Shown here piece after piece: positions 57,637-64,000 of a DNA stretch of 64,000 bases (positions are counted from its first letter, which is position 1; each line of letters starts with the position of its first letter). The translations under genes and the position numbers were made by a program. The stretch covers positions 512 through 64,511 of the forward strand of contig JAJDCH010000011.1 of assembly GCA_029260905.1 (NCBI GenBank), in the 5' to 3' direction. The notes beneath the pieces are model-generated. The model saw only the letters and a list, made by a program, of their open reading frames with translations, was not told the origin of the DNA and made no database searches. The stretch is from Candidatus Levyibacteriota bacterium (GTDB taxonomy: Bacteria; Patescibacteriota; Microgenomatia; Levybacterales; UBA12049).

Positions 57637-58353
57637 TTATTTTGGTTGAAAATTAGTAAACTCTTGAACACAACTATCTCCTTTGCACGCAACACAACTA
57701 TATGTATAATCACCAACTATTGCAGCATGATGTATTGGATCACCAACCCACCAATTAAAAGCTTCCTGCTCTGTTCTCATTGAGATAATATTTTCATTAA
57801 ACCAATAAGAGAAATTATGAGAATTTTTACCAGCGTGCATACGACCCTCAGCTATTTCTAGCCCTATCTGAGGAGCACGAGCAACTGCAAGAGAGCAAAC
57901 CCTAGCATCTTTTTGAAAAATAGATAATCCTTTTGACACGCGGTATGAATTGCTTAGGTTAAATAACACATCAGCATTAAGCCCCTCACTAATTGATAAA
58001 TTCTCAGCACCAACTTTGGTTGTTGAAATTGAGGTGAGATCTGAACTTTCAGTTGATTCAACTTCTGGAGTTGGAGTAATTATAACTGGAGACTCAATTA
58101 TTAATGTTTTTGAAACAGAGGTTACAACTACTCTGTCTTTCTTTTCAGAATTTAGTTTCTCAAAATTTATTTTCTGAGGTTTTTGTTTTATCTTACTTAA
58201 AGAAAGCTGATCAGAGAAAAAAATTCCTGGATATGACAGGTATCGAGAAGCTTTATATTCAGAAGCCGAAACAGAGCTTGCAAAACTAAAAAATAAAAAT
58301 CCAGTTAAGAGACAACTGATTGTCTTTTTTATCATGGAATTTACCATAAGCAA
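57637..58353 (-). CDS. Secreted CAP/SCP-like domain protein
   Basis: Signal anchor. C-terminal HAAIVGDYTYSCVAC and Cys pattern are consistent with a CAP domain. Confidence 0.45.
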   Translation of the reverse strand: MLMVNSMIKKTISCLLTGFLFFSFASSVSASEYKASRYLSYPGIFFSDQLSLSKIKQKPQKINFEKLNSEKKDRVVVTSVSKTLIIESPVIITPTPEVESTESSDLTSISTTKVGAENLSISEGLNADVLFNLSNSYRVSKGLSIFQKDARVCSLAVARAPQIGLEIAEGRMHAGKNSHNFSYWFNENIISMRTEQEAFNWWVGDPIHHAAIVGDYTYSCVACKGDSCVQEFTNFQPK

Positions 58354-58410
58354 TGTATTTTACCTTTTTTTGACATAAATTAGCAAATCTATGTCTGTTA
58401 TAATAACTTT

Positions 58411-58986
58411 ATGTCAAAGCTTTTTATCCCAATTCTTCTTGGCACCACTAGACCCAAAAGACAATCAATAAAAGCTGCAAAACTTATAGAAAAAATCGGT
58501 AATACAATATCTGAAATAAAGGTTCAGCTTGTTGATCCAAATGATTATAATTTCCCCTTTGATGGAAATGATCCTGAAAATAAAAATCCAGAATACTCCA
58601 AGCTCACACTTAATGCAGATGCATTTTTTATCGTCACACCTGAGTACAACCATAGCTTTCCTGGAACCTTAAAAAGAATGCTTGACTCAGAACTTGCAAA
58701 TTATATTCATAAGCCAGTTGCTTTTGCTGGTGTTTCAAATGGAATTTTTGGCGGTGCTAGAGCAATTGAAGCACTCATCAGAACAGTAAGAGAAATGGGT
58801 ATGATTTCAACTTTTTCAGATGTTTATTTCCCACAAATCCAAAACACATTTGATGAAAATGGTAAACTTCTTGATGAAGGATACATAAAAAGAATTGAGA
58901 GAGCTTATATCGAACTTATCTGGATGGCAAAGAGCTTAAAGTGGGGACGGGAAAACCTGGAAAGCATTTATCATAAGAAGAAATAA
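58411..58986 (+). CDS. NADPH-dependent FMN reductase family protein
   Basis: LGTTRPKRQS...FIVTPEYNHSFPGTLKRMLD matches the FMN_red signature. Confidence 0.7.
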   Translation: MSKLFIPILLGTTRPKRQSIKAAKLIEKIGNTISEIKVQLVDPNDYNFPFDGNDPENKNPEYSKLTLNADAFFIVTPEYNHSFPGTLKRMLDSELANYIHKPVAFAGVSNGIFGGARAIEALIRTVREMGMISTFSDVYFPQIQNTFDENGKLLDEGYIKRIERAYIELIWMAKSLKWGRENLESIYHKKK

Positions 58987-59049
58987 TTCTTTCATTATTA
59001 TTACCTTATACTTAAGTTGCTTTTACTTTTTTGTTCTAATATTAATTTT

Positions 59050-59178
59050 ATGTCAGATATTACCTATACATGTACTGCGTGTAATCAAGAATTTTCAGAT
59101 GAATCATCTTTAAAAAATCATATGGTTCAGGATCACACAACAAAGACAGAGACAGTTGTTGAGGGCGAGGCAAAGTAG
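59050..59178 (+). CDS. C2H2 zinc-finger micro-protein (42 aa)
   Basis: YTCTACNQEFSDESSLKNHMVQDH fits C-x2-C-x12-H-x4-H. Below the track size cutoff. Confidence 0.4.
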   Translation: MSDITYTCTACNQEFSDESSLKNHMVQDHTTKTETVVEGEAK

Positions 59179-59190
59179 TATAATAAATTT

Positions 59191-59523
59191 ATGGAAATGC
59201 TAATCAGCTGGTTTGTGAGCGCTCTTACTATTTTTGTAACCGCATATATTCTGCCTGGTGTGAGAATTGATGGATTTTTGTCTGCTCTTGCTGTAGCTGT
59301 GGTTCTCGGGGTTATAAATCTTTTGATAAAACCAATAATTCTTCTTCTTACACTTCCAATTACAGTTGTCACACTTGGCCTTTTTACTTTTGTGATAAAT
59401 GCTCTTTTGATACTTTTGGCATCAGCAATAGTACCAGGATTTACAGTCGATACCTTCTGGTGGGCACTTCTCTTTAGCATAGTTTTATCACTCATCAACT
59501 CCTTCATTGGAAAATCAAATTAA
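59191..59523 (+). CDS. Phage_holin_4_2/DUF360-family membrane protein
   Basis: 110 aa, four TM helices, with the characteristic PGVRIDGFLSALAVAVVLGVINLLIKP. Confidence 0.6.
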   Translation: MEMLISWFVSALTIFVTAYILPGVRIDGFLSALAVAVVLGVINLLIKPIILLLTLPITVVTLGLFTFVINALLILLASAIVPGFTVDTFWWALLFSIVLSLINSFIGKSN

Positions 59524-60814
59524 CCCTTACCTCAAAGTCTTTTCTTGCTATAATATTTTTGTGATTAGGAGACCAAAATCAATCCAGACGATTTATCTCT
59601 ACCTTGTCCTGGGAAATACTTTGGCTGCATCTTTTATCTGGGGAATAAACACTATTTTTCTTCTTGATGCAGGACTTAGTAACTTTCAAGCATTTGCAGC
59701 CAATGCTTTTTTTACACTTGGACAAGTCATATTTGAAGTACCAACAGGTGTAATTGCTGATACTTACGGAAGAAGAATATCTTATTTACTCGGCGCCCTG
59801 ACTCTTGCTGCATCAACCGCACTTTATCTTTTTATGTGGCAAATTCAGGGCCCATTCTGGGGATGGGCAGGATCATCTATTCTTCTTGGTCTTGGATTTA
59901 CATTTTTTTCAGGCGCGCTTGAAGCATGGTTGGTTGATGCTCTTCATGCAACAAATTTCAAAGGATCACTTGATGGAGTATTTGCCAAAGGACAAATAGT
60001 TGGTGGTGTTGCGATGCTGACTGGATCTATTGCTGGTGGATTTATCGCACAAATTACAAACCTTGGTGTACCATATATTTTAAGAGCTGGTATTCTCATA
60101 ATTAATTTCTTAACAGCCTTTTTCCTCATGCGCGATCTTGGTTTTACTCCACAAAAAACCAAAACACCACTAAAAGAAATGAGAAAAATATTAACCCATT
60201 CAATTGATCATGGTCTCAGAAATAGACCTGTGAGATGGGTAATGCTTGCTTCACCTTTTATAACTGGTGTTAGTTTTTATGTTTTCTATGCTCTCCAACC
60301 ATTTTTGCTTGAACTGTACGGAGATGAAAAAGCATACGGAGTTGCAGGCCTTGCAGCAGCGCTTGTAGCAAGCGCGCAGATTGCTGGTGGATTTCTTGCT
60401 CCCAAAATCAGAAAATTATTTTCCAAAAGAACATCAACTCTTTTATCAGGTATACTTATTTCCTCAATAATCTTGTTCCTTGTTGTATTTGTAGATGATT
60501 TCTATACAACACTTTTTCTTGTCTTTACTTGGGGACTTACTTTTGCTGCAATTTCACCAATCAGACAGGCATATCTGAATGGACTGATTCCATCAAATCA
60601 ACGGGCAACAGTTTTATCATTTGATTCACTTATGGGATCAACTGGTGGAATCTTCATTCAGCCTGCACTTGGAAGAGCAGCTGACATCTGGAACTACTCC
60701 ACATCTTATGCATTATCAGCTGGAATTCAGGCACTTGCGTTTCCATTTATCTATCTTTCCAGAAAAGAAAATGCTCCGGCTGATATTATTGAAGAGGAGA
60801 AAAAAATAAATTAA
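59507..60814 (+). CDS. MFS transporter
   Basis: 12 TM helices, with a D/G-R-R-type motif between TM2 and TM3 (ADTYGRR). Confidence 0.7.
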   Translation: MENQINPYLKVFSCYNIFVIRRPKSIQTIYLYLVLGNTLAASFIWGINTIFLLDAGLSNFQAFAANAFFTLGQVIFEVPTGVIADTYGRRISYLLGALTLAASTALYLFMWQIQGPFWGWAGSSILLGLGFTFFSGALEAWLVDALHATNFKGSLDGVFAKGQIVGGVAMLTGSIAGGFIAQITNLGVPYILRAGILIINFLTAFFLMRDLGFTPQKTKTPLKEMRKILTHSIDHGLRNRPVRWVMLASPFITGVSFYVFYALQPFLLELYGDEKAYGVAGLAAALVASAQIAGGFLAPKIRKLFSKRTSTLLSGILISSIILFLVVFVDDFYTTLFLVFTWGLTFAAISPIRQAYLNGLIPSNQRATVLSFDSLMGSTGGIFIQPALGRAADIWNYSTSYALSAGIQALAFPFIYLSRKENAPADIIEEEKKIN

Positions 60815-61893
60815 ACCAGGTAGTCTTTGAGCTTGTTGCCACGACTTGGATGGCGAAGTTTTCGAAGAGCCTTTGCTTCAATCTGTCTAATTCGCTCACG
60901 TGTAACTTGAAACATTCGTCCTACTTCTTCTAAAGTCTTTGGACGTCCATCGTCCAGTCCAAAACGCTCTTTCAAAACTCTTCTTTCTCGATCTGAAAGA
61001 GTTCCCAAAACCTGATCAACTTGCTCTTTCAAAAGCTCGCGGGATGCGCTGTCAAAAAGGGTTGGCGCTGAAGAATCTGAGATAAAATCCCCCAATCGGG
61101 AATCTTCTTCGTCTCCAACTGGCGCCTCGAGCGATGCGGGGTTTTGTGAAATTTTAATTATTTCAAGTGCCTTATCAGGTTCTATCCCTAATACTTTTGC
61201 AACCTCTTCAGGTGTTGGCTCACGCCCAAGCTCCTGCATCAGCTTTCGCTGACTTCGAAGGAATCTATTAATATTCTCAACCATGTGAACAGGGATACGG
61301 ATCGTTCTTGCCTGATCCGCAATTGCACGAGTAACACTTTGTCTAATCCACCAAGTTGCATATGTACTGAATTTGTAACCCCTTCTCCAATCATATTTTT
61401 CAACTGCACGAATAAGTCCTTGATTTCCTTCTTGAATAAGATCAAGAAGTGTAAGTCCACGTCCGATATATTTCTTGGCAATTGAAACAACAAGCCTAAG
61501 ATTGGAGTTAATAAGTGTTTTTTTCGCATCCATACTTCCTTTTTCAACTCTTTTAGCAAGCTCTATCTCCTGTTCAAATTTAAGAAGTGGGATACGCCCA
61601 ATTTCCTTGAGATACATTCTTACAGGATCGCTGACTGACCCTTCTGTCAAAACAGTCAATGCTTCAAGTTCTTTTTCTAGATCTTCGATTGGCTTTCCAT
61701 TTTCCTGTTGCTGGCTGACTGATTCAAAAACATCAATATTTCCCTTCATCAACTTGTCATAAAGTTGATCAAGTTCTTCGATATGCTCTTCTGGTTTGGC
61801 GTAGATTCCAAGTATTTCGTCTTGAGTGATGTAGCCTCGTTTCTTGGCGCCGATTACTACTTCTGTAAGTATAGGAGTTAACTTCTGGGACAT
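60811..61893 (-). CDS. rpoD: RNA polymerase primary sigma factor (sigma-70)
   Basis: Region 2 ([18 protein letters not shown]) and region 4 ([15 protein letters not shown]). Confidence 0.9.
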   Translation of the reverse strand: MSQKLTPILTEVVIGAKKRGYITQDEILGIYAKPEEHIEELDQLYDKLMKGNIDVFESVSQQQENGKPIEDLEKELEALTVLTEGSVSDPVRMYLKEIGRIPLLKFEQEIELAKRVEKGSMDAKKTLINSNLRLVVSIAKKYIGRGLTLLDLIQEGNQGLIRAVEKYDWRRGYKFSTYATWWIRQSVTRAIADQARTIRIPVHMVENINRFLRSQRKLMQELGREPTPEEVAKVLGIEPDKALEIIKISQNPASLEAPVGDEEDSRLGDFISDSSAPTLFDSASRELLKEQVDQVLGTLSDRERRVLKERFGLDDGRPKTLEEVGRMFQVTRERIRQIEAKALRKLRHPSRGNKLKDYLV

Positions 61894-61923
61894 AGGTATC
61901 TATTTTACCACAAATCAGCAAAA

Positions 61924-63753
61924 CTATGAACCCCTAAGTTCTGCAGCTAGAGCTGAATACTCTTTCTGCAGGCTTTCAATCTCTTTTGAAACTCTTGACC
62001 CACCTGTGCCCTTTGCATCAGCCACGCTCAATGCTGCTTCCTCTTTTTTAATCTCTTCTGCTATATATCTCATTTTTTCCTGAATATAAAATGTGCGCAG
62101 AAGTTTTGCAATTTTTTCTACCTCTTTAATTATTTTTTCAGCATCAGTAAAAACAGGTAATGGGTAAAGAATTGATTTGTCAAAAGTGGTAAGTAGCTCT
62201 TGAGGAAGCGTATTGGCAAACTTCTTGCTATCAAATATTTTTTCTTTTCCAAAAAAACTTGATAATTTGTCCATTATTTTCCCCACTGCGCGGTTCTTAT
62301 TCAAATTACCTGAAAAGACATCTCTTGCTTTTTGAAAAAAAGACGCATCCTTGCTGTTTTGAACAATAAGTGCCAATAAATACTCTTCCGTTATTTCCTC
62401 TTTGGGTCTTTTTAACTTTAAAATCTCAGTTGTAGCAGTTGTTTTTTCTTTTTTCTCAACTCTTTCCATTTCTCGTACTATACTTTCATATGAAGTATCA
62501 AGCTCAGTTGATATTTTTTTAAGATAATGTTCTCTTATTATTTCATTTCTGATTTGCGCGATAAACGGAAGCAGGGTATCTGCTACTTTTTTCTTGCCCA
62601 CAGCTATTTTAACATCAACACTTGATATTGTTTTCTCAAGCAAATAATCATATATTGAAATATCATTTTTAACTGCTTTTTTAAAGGCTCCAGGGTCAGA
62701 TCTAAGAGCCTCATCTGCATCCTTGCCACCTGGCACCTCAATTACCGTTGGCATAAGACCCTTTTTCTCAACTACACTCAGGCTTCTCTTGACTGCTTCT
62801 TGACCTGCTTTGTCTGTATCAAAACAAAAAGTAACTTTTTCAGCGTAACGACCAAGTAAATTAACCTGTGAATCAGTAAGAGCTGTTCCTTTTACTGCAA
62901 TCACATTTGAAATACCATTTTCAAAACAAGTCATCACATCAAACTCTCCCTCAAGTATTATTACCTGATTAGTTCTTCTTATCGCGTCTTTTGTGTTGTT
63001 AATGCCAAAAATATGATCTCCCTTATGATAAATAAGTGTCTCTCTGGTATTAATATATTTTGAAGTTTTTATATCGTTATCAAGAATTCGTCCAGAAAAA
63101 CCCACTATATTATCTCGATGATCAACAAGCGGAAAGATAAGTCTGCCACGAAAAAAATCAGAAACACTTGATCCTCTTGAATATCCAAGACCTGCATCTA
63201 GCATGTCCTGTTTGGAATACTTTTTTTTATTTATCAAATATGAAGTAAGCGCAGAGCCGCTGCTTGGCGCAAAACCAAGCATAAATGCTTCAATCAATTT
63301 TTCATTTATTCCTCTTTTCTTGAGATAATCTAGAGCCTTTTTACCAGCATCGTGTTTGGTCAATACATAATGATAATATTGTTTTGCAAGAATATTTATC
63401 TCATACAATTTTTCTTTTTTGTATGTATCCCCCGATGATCCCTGATTTCTTTCTTTCAGCTCAACTCCTGCTCTTTTGGCAAGTGTGCGAAGGGCCTCTG
63501 GAAAATCCATTTTCTCATATTCCATCAAGAACTGATAAACATCCCCACCCTTGTTACATGTTCCAAAACAATGCCAGATTTGTCTTTCGGGAGATATCAC
63601 AAATGAGGCTGTTTTTTCCGTATGAAATGGGCAATTGGCTTTGAAATTTCTCCCTGCTTTATTCAAAGTAACAAACTCTGAAATAAAAGAAACAATATCT
63701 ATTTTTTCTCTAATTTCTCCAACCTGATCCATGTTGAGGAAAGTATATACCAC
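61924..63753 (-). CDS. dnaG: DNA primase
   Basis: Zinc finger [25 protein letters not shown], and TOPRIM ([17 protein letters not shown]). Confidence 0.9.
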   Translation of the reverse strand: [609 protein letters not shown]

Positions 63754-63809
63754 ACAGGCAAAGTTTACAATTATCGACTAAAACGTGCTAAAATAGGCAA
63801 AAGGCTTAT

Positions 63810-64000
63810 GGATAAAAAAGGGATAATGATCGAAGAATTAAAAATCTTTTCAAAAAATGACAAAAGGGACATTGAGAGATTAGCAGGGAAACTAAATGTT
63901 AATTCAATTCCCTTAACTGATGAGGATTTAAAAAGCATGCTTTCATCCCCCAATACTCATTTATTCATCATCCGCGAACTAAAAAACAAAAAAATTATCG
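63810..64000 (+). CDS. Hypothetical protein, 5' partial; runs off the window
   Basis: Open frame from ATG 63810 to the window end, divergent from dnaG. Confidence 0.2.

Noticed and set aside
1-64000. CRISPR arrays, rRNA genes, additional tRNAs
   Set aside because: No regularly spaced repeat-spacer arrays were seen. No rRNA-like conserved stretches were found. Only one cloverleaf (tRNA-Asn) was found by manual inspection of intergenic regions, and small tRNAs could still have been missed without a dedicated scan.

Overview
This 64 kb window comes from a low-GC (~33%, by eye) bacterial chromosome. Genes are densely packed and often overlap, and most lack a Shine-Dalgarno sequence. About 80 CDSs can be supported, plus one tRNA. 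The main blocks are as follows. (a) 1-10.7 kb: cell-envelope and housekeeping genes: an LCP protein, tpiA, a UvrD/PcrA helicase, a FemAB-family transferase, RNase HI, and a clpB lacking the N-domain with a CIRCE-like operator in its promoter. (b) 11-16 kb: a cysteine-rich thiol-redox cluster: a DipZ-like CcdA-thioredoxin fusion, two more thioredoxin-like proteins, a DUF3179 protein, a 72-aa protein with 12 cysteines, and a UBP-type zinc-finger protein. (c) 18-33 kb: a minus-strand aromatic amino-acid supercluster. It starts with a YerC/TrpR-like regulator and runs through trpEGDCFBA. An internal promoter follows, then a 16-aa Trp/Phe/Tyr-rich leader peptide with an attenuator hairpin, then a PfkB kinase, aroB, aroA, aroK, aroE, aroD, aroC, trpS and a flavodoxin-like gene. 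(d) 33-36 kb: uppP, msrB, and an HxlR regulator. (e) about 36.5-44.4 kb: an integrated element abutting tRNA-Asn(GUU). It carries Mrr, an unknown 253-aa protein, a SpoVG-like protein, a Rep_trans-like initiator, an excisionase-type HTH protein, a BcgI-like type IIB restriction-modification pair, and a large serine recombinase whose 3' end overlaps the tRNA. (f) 44.4-47.4 kb: an OmpR-type two-component system plus a secreted Spy/CpxP-like protein, bracketed by a perfect 34-bp direct repeat. (g) 48-60 kb: a cluster of VOC/PhnB-like proteins with a SET-domain protein, transporters, hydrolases, a C2H2 micro-protein and a holin-like membrane protein. (h) 60.8-63.8 kb: rpoD-dnaG. Imperfect heptanucleotide tandem repeats (CCAAGAW)n sit in-frame inside uvrD (twice) and the FemAB gene. 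No CRISPR array or rRNA is present.
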